A stretch of DNA of 64,000 nucleotides from Planctomycetota bacterium (lineage in GTDB: Bacteria; Planctomycetota; GCA-002687715; CAIWVZ01), in assembly GCA_044222185.1 (NCBI GenBank), contig JBGANV010000001.1:1472001-1536000 (forward strand), written 5' to 3'. The notes beneath the pieces are model-generated. The model saw only the letters and a program-made list of their open reading frames with translations. It was not told the origin of the DNA and made no database searches. Shown here piece by piece: positions 10,580-20,355 of the stretch (positions within the stretch are counted from its first letter, which is position 1; each line of letters begins with the position of its first letter). Position numbers and translations under genes: made by a program.

Positions 10580-11734
10580 ATGGCACGCCTGCGGCTCCTC
10601 GCACTCACACTCCTCATCGCCGGCGGCTCGTCGCTCCGGCGCGGCGATGCGGATGCCGCAGCACGGACGCCCCTCTCGACACCCGTCGAGGTCGCGTCTG
10701 CGGTCGATGACGCCGAGATTGCCGCCGCGGTTTCCCGGGGTCTCGCGTTCCTGGCGTCGACCCAACACGCCAATGGATGCTGGACCGGTGACGTGGGTCA
10801 CAAGCAGATGGACGACTACCTCGTCTACGTCTCGAAGGAGATGCAGGACACCGCGGGCCAGGGGAACGTCGGAGTGACGGCGCTCGCGGGCCTCGCGTTC
10901 CTCGCCAACGGGCAGGTCCCAGGCCGAGGCCCCAAGAGCCGCATCGTCGAGAAGACGATCGGTTACGTGCTCGACCGGACGAGCCAGCACCACGGAGCCG
11001 AGGGCTACATCGCCGACAGCGACACGCGCATGTACGAACACGCGTTCGCAACGCTGTTCCTCTCTCAGGCATTCGGCATGACGCCCATGCGGCGGGCCGA
11101 CGTGGAACGGAAACTCAAGGCGGCCGTGGCACTCATCGTGGACTGTCAGAACCAGTTCGGCGCCTGGCGTTATGGGCCGTACACGAGCGAAGCAGACCTC
11201 TCGGTCACCGTCTGCCAGGTCCAGGCGCTTCGCGCCGCGCGCGACGCCGGCATCGCCGTCCCCAAGCGGTGCATCGATCGCGTTCTCGCCTACATCCAGG
11301 ACAGCCGGATCCCCAGCGGCTCCAGCCAGGGCTGCTTCTACTACAAGATTCGCGGCACGGCGGCATACACGAAGACGTCCTTTGCGATCAACGCGGCGGC
11401 AGCCACGGCGCTTCAGAGCGCGGGCATCTACGAGGAACGCGAGTACGCCCGTGCGCTCGACTTCATCGAGGCCGAGTACCCGACGACGAGTCGCTACTTC
11501 GGCACGCACTTCTACTTCTGGTACGGCAACTACTACGCCGCGCAGGCCATGCGCCTCGCCGGTGGCGAGAGATGGAATCGCTACTGGCCGCGCCTCGTCC
11601 GCGATCTCCTCGGCCGCCAGCTCGCAGACGGCCGCTGGAGGAACGACACGGGCCCGGGCGACGAATTCGCGACCGCCGTGGCGTGTCTGATCCTCCAGAT
11701 CCCGAACGCGTGGCTGCCGATCTTCCAGAAGTGA
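10580..11734 (+). CDS. secreted prenyltransferase/squalene-oxidase repeat (QW-like repeat) protein
   Basis: Signal peptide; repeats GLAFLASTQHANGCW, CQNQFGAWRY, QLADGRW; MYEHAFATL and YFWYGNYY. Confidence 0.82.
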   Translation: MARLRLLALTLLIAGGSSLRRGDADAAARTPLSTPVEVASAVDDAEIAAAVSRGLAFLASTQHANGCWTGDVGHKQMDDYLVYVSKEMQDTAGQGNVGVTALAGLAFLANGQVPGRGPKSRIVEKTIGYVLDRTSQHHGAEGYIADSDTRMYEHAFATLFLSQAFGMTPMRRADVERKLKAAVALIVDCQNQFGAWRYGPYTSEADLSVTVCQVQALRAARDAGIAVPKRCIDRVLAYIQDSRIPSGSSQGCFYYKIRGTAAYTKTSFAINAAAATALQSAGIYEEREYARALDFIEAEYPTTSRYFGTHFYFWYGNYYAAQAMRLAGGERWNRYWPRLVRDLLGRQLADGRWRNDTGPGDEFATAVACLILQIPNAWLPIFQK

Positions 11735-11800
11735 ACGTGCCGCCGAAACGGCGCCCGCGCCCGGAGGAGGGCGCTCGTCCGAGAGCCTCGCCAGACCCGC

Positions 11801-14800
11801 CTAGATGCTCGTGTTCACGAACCCCCACGTCAGCCTGAAACCCAAGGGGCTCGTCGGGTCCAGATACAACGTCTGAAGGGTGAAGTGCAAGCCCAGGGGC
11901 GGACTGGGATTCATCAGGCCCGGCAGGACGAACGCGCCGCCCGGTGGCGAGTTGCCTGGCGCGGTCGGAGACGTCACCGCCCAAGGAAGCGGCGGGCCGA
12001 ACGTCCCGATCCCGTCGAGGATGACGAAGAAGCCGGAGCCGACGGACAGAACCATGTCGGCAGCGGGCGTCGGCCAGCCGCCAACGGGCGCCGGCAGGCT
12101 CGCGTCGCCAAGCAGGAAGAAGGGCTGGCTCGGGGCGCAACCCTCGATGTTCACGGAGAACGGAATCCCCGGCGGCACCGGGTCGAGAAGCGGGACGTGA
12201 CCGACCGTGCCGTGATTCATGCCCCCTCCGACGACGACCTCGACGAAGTTGGACGTCACTCCGGCGGAGGTCTCGACCGCGATCCAGATTCCTCCCAGCG
12301 AACGCGTTTGCTGGATCGTCGCAGGCAGCTGGGCCGTGAGCTGGCCCGCGCTGACGAAGCTCGTCGTGAGCTGGACCCCGTTCGCGAACACCTTCGACGT
12401 GGCCACGTATCCCCCGCCGAACACCGAGAGCGTCGTCGGCGGCGAAACCAGCGTCTTGATGGTGATCGATGCGGGCGTGACAACCGCGATCGACGGCCCG
12501 ACGATGACGAATGGCAGCGACACCGAATCCCCACCGCCAGGGCCGGGGTTGTGCACCTGGACGTTCGCCGTGCCGGCACCAGCGACGAGCGAACCGGGGA
12601 TCGACGCCACGAGCTGCGTGCCATTGATGAACGCCGTCGCCTGCGCAACACCGTTCCATCGAATCTCGCTCTGCGTCGTGAAGCCGGAGCCGATCACGAG
12701 GACCGGGAACGTGGACGAGCCCGCCGGGATCGTCGTGGGACTGCTCGATACCACCGCCGGGACCGGGTTGTTGACCGTGAACGTCGACGGAGCCGACGTG
12801 CCCCCACCCGGTGCCGGGTTGACGACGCGCACCGTGCGAAGCCCTCCCACTGCGACGTTCGGCGCCGGGACGTTCGCCTGAAGCTGAGTCGCGCTGATGA
12901 ACGACGTCGTCAGGTTCGCGCCATCCCACGTCACGAGGCTCTGCGAGTTGAAGTTCATCCCAGTGACCGAGAGCGTGAAGGCCGCGCTTCCTGCGAGGGT
13001 CGAAGACGGGCCGATGGACGTCGCGGTCGGCACCGGGTTCGTGATGGCGAACGCGATCGAGCCCGAGAGACCGCCGCCCGGCGCTGGGTTGTCGACGGCA
13101 ACGTTCCGCGTGCCCGCCGTCGCGACGAGCGACGCTGCGATGGTCGCCGAGAGTTGCGTCGAGCCGATGAAGGTCGTCGGCTGCAACACTCCGTCGAACC
13201 GGATCTGGCTTTGCGCGTTGAAGTTCGTCCCGGTCACGTTGAGCGTGAACGCGGCGGAGGCCGCGGGCACGGAAGTCGGTGCCAACGAGGTCAGCGCTGG
13301 CTGGGGGTTGTTGACCGTGAACGTCGATGGGGCCGTCGTTCCGCCACCGGGCGCGGGGTTCACGACTCGTACGGCCTGAGCCCCGCCCGCGGCGAGATTG
13401 CCCGCGGGCACGGCGGCGTGGAGCTGCGTCGCGCTCACCAGCGAGGTGCTCAGGTTCGAGCCGTTCCACGTGACGAGGCTCTGTGAGTTGAAGTTCGTCC
13501 CAGTCACGACGAGCGTGAAGCCCCCGCTTCCCGCGGTCGTCGACGCAGGGCTGATCGACGCCGCCGTCGGAACGGGGTTGTTGACCGTGAGCGTCACGGG
13601 TGCCGAGGAGCCGCCCGCGGGCGTCGGGTTGAACACGGTCACGGCCCGCAGCCCCGCCGTCGCGACCAACGCCGACGGGATGCTCGCCGAAAGCTGCGTG
13701 GCACTGATGAACGTCGTCGGCTGAGCGACTCCGTCCCAGCGGATCGCGCTCTGCGCGTTGTAGTTCGTGCCGACCACGGTGAGCGTGAACGCTCCCGCGC
13801 CTGCAATGGCGGAAGTCGGGTTCGTCGACGTCAGCGTCGGAGCGGGGTTGTTCACGGTGAACGCCAGGCTCGCGGAAGTGCCGCCACCGGGCGTGGGGTT
13901 GACCGCGTTCACGTTCGCGACGGCGCCGACGACGACGTTCGCGGCCGGGACCGACGCCTGGACCTGCGTCGCGCTCAGGAACGTCGTCGATAGGTTCGCG
14001 CCGTTCCACGTCACGACGGTCTGGGAGTTGAAGTTCGTGCCGTTGACCGTGATCGAGAATGGACCGCTACCGGCCGCGATGGACGACGGGCTGCTCGAGG
14101 TCGCCGTCGGAACCGGGTTGTTGATCGTGAAGGTCGCTGCAGCCGAGTTGCCACCTCCAGGTGCCGGCGTGTTCACGCGCACCGACGCGCTGCCGGCGAC
14201 TGCGATGTTCGCTGCGGGCACCGTCGCCGTGAGCTGACTCGAGCTGACGACCGTCGTCGCGAGATTGGAACCGTTCCACTGGACCTGGCTCTGCAAAACG
14301 AAGCCCGAGCCGGTCGCCGTGAGGACGAACGACGCACCGCCCGCGGTTGCCGTCGTGGGGGCGATGGTCGTGAGTGCGGGGGCCGGATTCGTTGGTGACG
14401 CGTACACGCGCCAGTTGATCCCGGAAAGCGTCGGCACGTCGAACGTCGCGGAAACCGTCCCGAAGGACGCAGCCGAGGGTTGAGAGGTCAGAAGCAGCAC
14501 CGTACCCGGCGGGATCGCTCCGGTCGTGACCCCGGCCGTCGCCGGATCGATGTTGGGAACTCCGCTGATGTCGATCGCGACGCGCGCCACGTACCCATCC
14601 ACGCTCGGCGACGTCGACGTGACGGGCGGCGATGCGAACCACGTGACGTTCACCTCCGACGCCGTCGTGACGGCCGTCGCGCCCGTGGGGTCGTACCGCC
14701 CAGCGATTGCGACCTGTGCCGCGTTGAAGCGAGCGTCGGCATTGCGGGCCAGCGGCTTGCTCAAGCACGTGACGAACCGGTCCGCAGTGCTCGGGTTGAC

Positions 14801-15043
14801 CAACGCAGTCCCCGCGCCGTAAACGAGGACCGCCCCGTTGGACGTCGTCGCCCGCAGGCCCGCGGCAGTCCACGTGTCGGTCGCCGCGACGTCGGCGAAC
14901 ACGTCGATCACGATGCGGGACGCGGGCGCCGGCGCGCCGGGATCGACTCCGTCGAGGCGGTCGACGCTCAGTACGACCTGGGCCGGGCTCGAAACGGCCA
15001 CGAGGGCCAGGACGAACACGGCCGTGGAAGTCGCTCGCTTCAT
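11801..15043 (-). CDS. large secreted IPT/TIG (Ig-like) repeat surface protein, ~1080 aa
   Basis: Signal peptide MKRATSTAVFVLALVAVSSPA-Q; SD GGAG; eight ~90-aa repeats; distinct N- and C-terminal domains. Confidence 0.9.
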   Translation of the reverse strand: MKRATSTAVFVLALVAVSSPAQVVLSVDRLDGVDPGAPAPASRIVIDVFADVAATDTWTAAGLRATTSNGAVLVYGAGTALVNPSTADRFVTCLSKPLARNADARFNAAQVAIAGRYDPTGATAVTTASEVNVTWFASPPVTSTSPSVDGYVARVAIDISGVPNIDPATAGVTTGAIPPGTVLLLTSQPSAASFGTVSATFDVPTLSGINWRVYASPTNPAPALTTIAPTTATAGGASFVLTATGSGFVLQSQVQWNGSNLATTVVSSSQLTATVPAANIAVAGSASVRVNTPAPGGGNSAAATFTINNPVPTATSSSPSSIAAGSGPFSITVNGTNFNSQTVVTWNGANLSTTFLSATQVQASVPAANVVVGAVANVNAVNPTPGGGTSASLAFTVNNPAPTLTSTNPTSAIAGAGAFTLTVVGTNYNAQSAIRWDGVAQPTTFISATQLSASIPSALVATAGLRAVTVFNPTPAGGSSAPVTLTVNNPVPTAASISPASTTAGSGGFTLVVTGTNFNSQSLVTWNGSNLSTSLVSATQLHAAVPAGNLAAGGAQAVRVVNPAPGGGTTAPSTFTVNNPQPALTSLAPTSVPAASAAFTLNVTGTNFNAQSQIRFDGVLQPTTFIGSTQLSATIAASLVATAGTRNVAVDNPAPGGGLSGSIAFAITNPVPTATSIGPSSTLAGSAAFTLSVTGMNFNSQSLVTWDGANLTTSFISATQLQANVPAPNVAVGGLRTVRVVNPAPGGGTSAPSTFTVNNPVPAVVSSSPTTIPAGSSTFPVLVIGSGFTTQSEIRWNGVAQATAFINGTQLVASIPGSLVAGAGTANVQVHNPGPGGGDSVSLPFVIVGPSIAVVTPASITIKTLVSPPTTLSVFGGGYVATSKVFANGVQLTTSFVSAGQLTAQLPATIQQTRSLGGIWIAVETSAGVTSNFVEVVVGGGMNHGTVGHVPLLDPVPPGIPFSVNIEGCAPSQPFFLLGDASLPAPVGGWPTPAADMVLSVGSGFFVILDGIGTFGPPLPWAVTSPTAPGNSPPGGAFVLPGLMNPSPPLGLHFTLQTLYLDPTSPLGFRLTWGFVNTSI
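12225..14389 (-). repeat. eight tandem ~270-nt IPT/TIG repeat units
   Basis: NPxP..(S/T)..P...AG...F....G.NF..QS...W.G....T......QL...P.....G.......NP.PGGG.S recurs; ttgaccgtgaacgtcga occurs at 12771 and 13311. Confidence 0.9.
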
Positions 15044-15622
15044 GGGTGGTCTCCGACGACGAGCCGTGAAGGATCTCGTCGACACTCGAGGTGCCCGGCG
15101 GTTCGACCGTCGCTCACCCGCGGGGCAGTCTATACCGACAGGTCGCAGAGCGCGGCCACGTCCGCACGGTGAATGCGACGGACCACCGCCTTCGTGCGTC
15201 ACGAGCCTGCCCGAGAACGACGCGACTGCGGCATCGAAGCCAGGCTTCGGAGTTTGCCGATTCTCCGCGCTCTCGGGCCCTCGCGAAGGCCGCGACGCGC
15301 AGTGGGGCGCTGGAGTCCGTCGCAGCGGTGCATCCCGCGCCGCTCGCCGCCGATGGATGGCGTGCACTCGCGGCCCCACCGACGCTTGGGCGCTGACGGG
15401 GCCGCGGTCGGGTTACGGCGGCCACGGTCCGCGTACCTCCGGTGGATGCGCGTCGGCGACGTGGGAGCGTCGGGCAAGGATCGGCACCAAAGGCGGTGTG
15501 ACGAGGTTCGCCGGATCCGCCAACTCATCCTCGCGGTCGTACGCGTCGCCTCCACGACGGCTCGCCCTGGTGACTCCGCCCGTGTGAGTCGTCGACGCGC
15601 GCGTCGCGCGCCGTCGCCCGCT

Positions 15623-16408
15623 TCACCCTCCCCGCGCCGACGTCGCCAGGATCTCGCGGATTCGGTCGTGCAGCGTGGGATTGGCCGCGAGGACCCGCCC
15701 ACCGAAGAGCCAGTCGTTTCCGCCCTCGAAGTCCGTGACACGGCAGCCCGCCTCCATCGCGATCAGTCCGCCCGCAGCCACGTCCCACGGTGACAGGTGC
15801 AGTTCCCAAAAGCCGTCGTACCTGCCGTCGGCGGTGTAGCAGAGATCGAGCGCGGCCGATCCGAGGCGCCGCACGCCGCGCGCGCGAAGCGCCAGGTCGA
15901 CGAAGTGCTGGAGGTTGTTGTCAGGCAGTTGCTCGAGCCGGTAGTGGAAACCCGTCGTGAGAAGGGCCTCGCCGAGTTCGGGCTGGGTGTTGCACCGAAT
16001 CGGGGCTCCGTTGAGGAACGCACCACCTCCGACGACGCTCGTGTAGCACTCCTCGAGCTTCGGGTTGTAGACGCACGCGGCGATCGGCCGCCCGTTCTCC
16101 CAGAACGCGAACGAGACCGCGAAGTGCGGAATGCGGTGGACGAAGTTCGTCGTGCCGTCGAGCGGATCGAGCACCCACAACCGCGGGGCCATCTTCTGTC
16201 CCGAGAGCGTCTCCTCGGCGAGAATCGCGTCGCCGGGGAACGCATCGCGAATCCGGGCGATCACGTGCGCCTCCGACTCCCGATCGGCGACGGTGACGAG
16301 GTCGCGCCGCCCCTTCTTGTCCACCTGCGTGAGGCGCCCGTGGTGCCGCATCAGGATCGCACCCGCCTCGCGAGAAACCGTTTCGATGAACTTGCCGACG
16401 TCAGCCAT
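15623..16408 (-). CDS. suhB: inositol monophosphatase family protein
   Basis: DLVTVAD, AEE, WVLDPLDGTTNF, RRLGSAALDL, WDVAAG. Confidence 0.92.
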   Translation of the reverse strand: MADVGKFIETVSREAGAILMRHHGRLTQVDKKGRRDLVTVADRESEAHVIARIRDAFPGDAILAEETLSGQKMAPRLWVLDPLDGTTNFVHRIPHFAVSFAFWENGRPIAACVYNPKLEECYTSVVGGGAFLNGAPIRCNTQPELGEALLTTGFHYRLEQLPDNNLQHFVDLALRARGVRRLGSAALDLCYTADGRYDGFWELHLSPWDVAAGGLIAMEAGCRVTDFEGGNDWLFGGRVLAANPTLHDRIREILATSARGG

Positions 16409-17789
16409 GGGAATCTCCGGGTCGCGCCGCCGGGGGATCCGCCCCGCCGGCCGCGAGTTTCTTGCGCACGTCGTTCCACCAGGCGATCCGTCGCGCGATC
16501 TCCTTCTCGTGACCGAAGGACGAGGGGACGTACCACTCGCGTCCCGCGAGCGGCCCCGGAAGGAACTGCTGATCGACGACCGCTTCGTCGAAGTCGTGCG
16601 GATACTGGTAGCCGTCTCCCCAACCGAGGCGCTTCATCAGCGTCGTGGCCGCATTGCGCAGATACGTGGGGACGGCGTGCACCGCACCGCGCTTGATCTC
16701 TTCCTTCACCGCACCCCACGCCGAGTAGACGGAGTTGCTCTTCGGCGCCGTCGCGAGGTAGACGGCCGCCTCCGCGATGGCGAGCTCACCCTCGGGCGAG
16801 CCGAGGAAGCGGTAGGTCTCCGTCGCATCGAGCGCCACGCGAAGCGCGCCCGGATCCGCGAGGCCGATGTCCTCGGAGGCCATCCGAACCAGGCGCCGGC
16901 ACAGATAGAGCGGCTCCTCTCCCGCCTCCAGCATGCGCGCCAGGTAGTAGAGCGCCGCTTGCGGATCGCCGCCGCGGATCGATTTGTGCAACGCCGAAAT
17001 CAGGTCGTAGTGCTGGTCGCCCTTCTTGTCGTAGGCGAGCGGCTTGGTCTGGAGGAGCTGCGCCGCTTCCTTGCTGCCGATCTCCCGATTGCGACCGCGC
17101 CGCGCCGCCGCGAGGACGAGTCCTTCGAGGCGATTCAGGAGGCTGCGAGCATCCCCGTGGCTTCCCGCCACGAGCAGCTGCATGGCGTCCGAATCCAGGG
17201 TGATGCCGTGCGATGCGAGTCCCACGTCTCGGTCCTGGAGCGCCCGCGCGGCGATCTCTCGCAAGGCCGATTCGTCGAGCGGTTGGAAGACGAGCGTCGT
17301 GCACCGCGAGAGGAGTGCCGCATTCACGTGGAAGGACGGGTTCTCCGTCGTCGCGCCAATCAGCGTGACGGTGCCGTCCTCCACGTGCGGCAGGAGCGCG
17401 TCCTGCTGCGAGCGGTTGAAATGGTGGATCTCGTCGATGAAGAGGAGCGTGGCGCGGCCCGAGCGGGCCCGCCGTTGTCGCGCGTCGTCGATCACCTGCC
17501 GCAGTTCCTTCACGCCCTGCAGCACGGCGGAGAACGGCGCGAATGCGAGCCCGGTGCGCTCGGCGAGCAGCCGCGCGAGCGTCGTCTTGCCCGAACCCGG
17601 TGGTCCCCAGAAGAGAAGGGACGGCATTGCCTCCGCAGCGAGAAGCTCCGAGAGCAGTGACTCCGGCCCGACGACGTGCTGGCCCACCAGGTCCTCGATC
17701 CGCTGGGGCCGCATGCGATCTGCGAGAGGTGCCCCCTTCACCGGCGTCGGCCGCGTCACCGGCTCATCGGAGCCGAAGAGGTCAGGCAT
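16401..17789 (-). CDS. rarA: replication-associated recombination protein A (MgsA/RarA)
   Basis: PLADRMRP, GPPGSGKTT, FIDEIH, GATTENP, SALHKSIRG, SEDIGLADP, PKSN. Confidence 0.96.
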   Translation of the reverse strand: MPDLFGSDEPVTRPTPVKGAPLADRMRPQRIEDLVGQHVVGPESLLSELLAAEAMPSLLFWGPPGSGKTTLARLLAERTGLAFAPFSAVLQGVKELRQVIDDARQRRARSGRATLLFIDEIHHFNRSQQDALLPHVEDGTVTLIGATTENPSFHVNAALLSRCTTLVFQPLDESALREIAARALQDRDVGLASHGITLDSDAMQLLVAGSHGDARSLLNRLEGLVLAAARRGRNREIGSKEAAQLLQTKPLAYDKKGDQHYDLISALHKSIRGGDPQAALYYLARMLEAGEEPLYLCRRLVRMASEDIGLADPGALRVALDATETYRFLGSPEGELAIAEAAVYLATAPKSNSVYSAWGAVKEEIKRGAVHAVPTYLRNAATTLMKRLGWGDGYQYPHDFDEAVVDQQFLPGPLAGREWYVPSSFGHEKEIARRIAWWNDVRKKLAAGGADPPAARPGDSHG

Positions 17790-19248
17790 CGCCGTTCATC
17801 GCGGCGAGCGCTTCGACGACCTCGTCCTGGAGCTTCTTCATGACGGCGCGATTCTCCGTCCCGTTCATGAGCGCGGCGAAAGCGACCCATCGGCCGCCCG
17901 CCGACAACACGTATCCCGAAAGCGTGCTGACGCCGTTCAGAGTGCCCGTCTTCGCGAACAGCCGCCCTGCGAGCGCCGTGAGTCGTTTCTCGAGCGTTCC
18001 CGATTCGCCCGGCTCGGCCAGCGACTCGCGATAGGCCTCGCCCGCGTCGGTCTTCGAGATCTCGGAGAGGACGCCGAAGAGCGCACGCGCCGTCATGCGG
18101 TTCTTGCGCGAGAGCCCAGAGCCGTCCGCGACGACGAGCCCCTCGCGGGGGACGCCGATCTTCTCCAGAGCCCGGTCCACCGCTGCACCGCCGCCGGCGA
18201 ACGAGCCCGTGTTCCCGGTGGCGAACCCCAGGTGCTTGAACACCATTTCCGCGCGGTGGTTCTGACTCTCCTTGAGGAGGTAGGGGAAGATCCGTGACAA
18301 CGGCGTCCCGTAGCGGATGAGGACCGTTCCTCCCGTGCGCTCCTCCGGTTTCGACCTCCGAACCTCGCCCTTCACCGTGATGCCTCGGTGCTCGAGCGCC
18401 TGGCGGAATCCACGGCCGAAATGCAAGGCGGGATCATGAACCGCGACGAAATGCGACGTCGTGGATCCGCCACGGCGAACGGCGCCTACGGCCGTGACCT
18501 GGTTCGACCCCTCGTCGCGATCGAAACGGAACCCGGCGGGCTTCTTGCCGTCCGTGGTCGAGAGCGAGTTCTTCAGCGTGATGTGTCCCACGTCAGGAAC
18601 GACCGAGAGCGCCGGGGTCTTCCCGACGCCACCGGGAGTCACGACGACCCGGGCGCAGCCATCATCGAGCGAGAGGGCCGCAACTTGGGCGAGATACGGA
18701 GTCGTCCTCGGATCGCTCGTCGGCCAATCGGGCCCCACGAAGTCCTGATCGAAGGCAGAGTCGTCGACGAGCAGGTCGCCCGCGACCTGAGTCAACCCCT
18801 GCGCGCGAAGCCGGTCGGCGAAAAACTCGAGCTTGGCGAGCGTCTCTCCGTGGTCCTGCGCGCCGAAGGTGGGATCGCCCTCGCCGCGAACGCGGAGGTT
18901 GCCCGCGAGGACGCCGTTCGACACGTCGCCGTGGGCGATGACCTCCGTCCGGATCTCGTGGTCGAGCCCGAGCAGCAGGGCAGCGGACGCCGTCGTGAGG
19001 ATCTTCTCGTTCGAGGCGGGCGTCAGCGGCGTGGTTGCGTCGTGGGTGAAGAACGGCTCGCGCTCCCCGGCCATGCCGACCGCCACGCCCGCGGTGACCT
19101 TCGGCGCCTTGACGTCACGCAGGATCTTGCCGAGGCGATCGATCGTCGCGGCGCGCGAGGCGCCGCCCTGGGCGAAAACCCTCGGAGTGAGGGACGAGGA
19201 AAGCAACAGCACGCCGACGACGGCCAGAGCGAGAGGTTTTCCGCGCAT
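17782..19248 (-). CDS. dacB: D-Ala-D-Ala carboxypeptidase/endopeptidase (PBP4, peptidase S13)
   Basis: Signal peptide; PASNEK (SxxK), SQN (SxN), DGSGLSR, AKTGTL. Confidence 0.95.
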   Translation of the reverse strand: MRGKPLALAVVGVLLLSSSLTPRVFAQGGASRAATIDRLGKILRDVKAPKVTAGVAVGMAGEREPFFTHDATTPLTPASNEKILTTASAALLLGLDHEIRTEVIAHGDVSNGVLAGNLRVRGEGDPTFGAQDHGETLAKLEFFADRLRAQGLTQVAGDLLVDDSAFDQDFVGPDWPTSDPRTTPYLAQVAALSLDDGCARVVVTPGGVGKTPALSVVPDVGHITLKNSLSTTDGKKPAGFRFDRDEGSNQVTAVGAVRRGGSTTSHFVAVHDPALHFGRGFRQALEHRGITVKGEVRRSKPEERTGGTVLIRYGTPLSRIFPYLLKESQNHRAEMVFKHLGFATGNTGSFAGGGAAVDRALEKIGVPREGLVVADGSGLSRKNRMTARALFGVLSEISKTDAGEAYRESLAEPGESGTLEKRLTALAGRLFAKTGTLNGVSTLSGYVLSAGGRWVAFAALMNGTENRAVMKKLQDEVVEALAAMNGDA

Positions 19249-19330
19249 GGCGCGAGTATCGCTTGCGAGGGTCCGCGACCCAACCTCGCGAACCGGATCC
19301 CCCACCTCTCGGCCGGAATGGGCGCGGCGA

Positions 19331-20338
19331 TCAGCCCTGCTTGCGCCGGCCGTAGCCGTCCGGGTGGCCCTGGTGCCACTTCCATGCGGTCTCGAGGATC
19401 GTCGGAAGGTCACCGAACTTCTGGTGCCAGCCCAGCGTCTCGCGCGCACGGGTGCTGTTGCCGACGAGGCGGGCGGGATCACCGGCGCGGCGCGGCGCGA
19501 TGCGGAACGAGATCTTCTTCCCAGTGACCTTCTCGGCGGCTCGGATCACTTCCAGCACCGAGTAGCCGGCGCCGTTTCCAAGGTTGAATGCCGTGCTCTT
19601 TCCGCCGCGGTCCAGATAGTCGAGTCCGAGGCGGTGCGCCTCCGCCAGATCGAGGATGTGGATGTAGTCGCGGATGCAGGTCCCATCCGGCGTCGCGTAG
19701 TCGTTGCCGAAGACCTGGATGTCGGCCCGCTTGCCCAATGCCACCTGCAGGACGAGCGGGATCAGGTGCGTTTCGGGATCGTGGTCTTCGCCGATGGTGC
19801 CGTCGGGATGGGCGCCGGCCGCGTTGAAGTAGCGGAGCGCGACGTACTTCATCCCGTACGCCGCCGCGAAGTCCGCGAGCATCCGCTCGACCATGAGCTT
19901 GGACCAGCCGTAGGGATTGATCGGGCTCTGGGGATGAGACTCGTCCATCAGGTCCTGGACCGGGTTCCCGTACGTCGCACACGTGGACGAGAAGATGAAC
20001 GTGTCGACCTTCGCGCGGCGCATGGCCGAGAGCAGGGTCAGCGTCGTCGCGACGTTGTTCCGGTAGTACTTCTCCGGATCGGTGACGGACTCCCCCACGT
20101 AGCAGGACGCCGCGAAGTGGAAGACGGCCGAGACCTTTCGGTCGCGCATCGTCTTCTCGATCAGCGCGGCGTCGGCAAGATCACCCTGAACGAAGTCGGC
20201 GCCCGCAACCGACGCGCCGTGTCCCGTCGAGAGGTTGTCGAAGGCGAACGCGTCCAAGCCGGCTTCGCGGAGGTGACGCAGGCAATGGCTTCCGATGTAG
20301 CCGGCACCGCCGGCGACCATGATCGTTCCCGTTCGCAC
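19331..20338 (-). CDS. galE: UDP-glucose 4-epimerase
   Basis: GGAGYIGSH, SSTCATYG, YGWSK, LRYFNAAGA, DGTCIRDYIH; GTG start with GGAG SD. Confidence 0.96.
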   Translation of the reverse strand: MRTGTIMVAGGAGYIGSHCLRHLREAGLDAFAFDNLSTGHGASVAGADFVQGDLADAALIEKTMRDRKVSAVFHFAASCYVGESVTDPEKYYRNNVATTLTLLSAMRRAKVDTFIFSSTCATYGNPVQDLMDESHPQSPINPYGWSKLMVERMLADFAAAYGMKYVALRYFNAAGAHPDGTIGEDHDPETHLIPLVLQVALGKRADIQVFGNDYATPDGTCIRDYIHILDLAEAHRLGLDYLDRGGKSTAFNLGNGAGYSVLEVIRAAEKVTGKKISFRIAPRRAGDPARLVGNSTRARETLGWHQKFGDLPTILETAWKWHQGHPDGYGRRKQG

Positions 20339-20355
20339 GTGAGAGGCTCCTTGGG

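Noticed and set aside
10580-11734. Squalene-hopene/terpene cyclase
   Set aside because: Single ~385-aa barrel with a signal peptide and no DxDD motif; a repeat-family protein only.
12225-14389. CRISPR-like periodicity
   Set aside because: The repeats are in-frame 270-nt coding units with no spacers and no cas genes.
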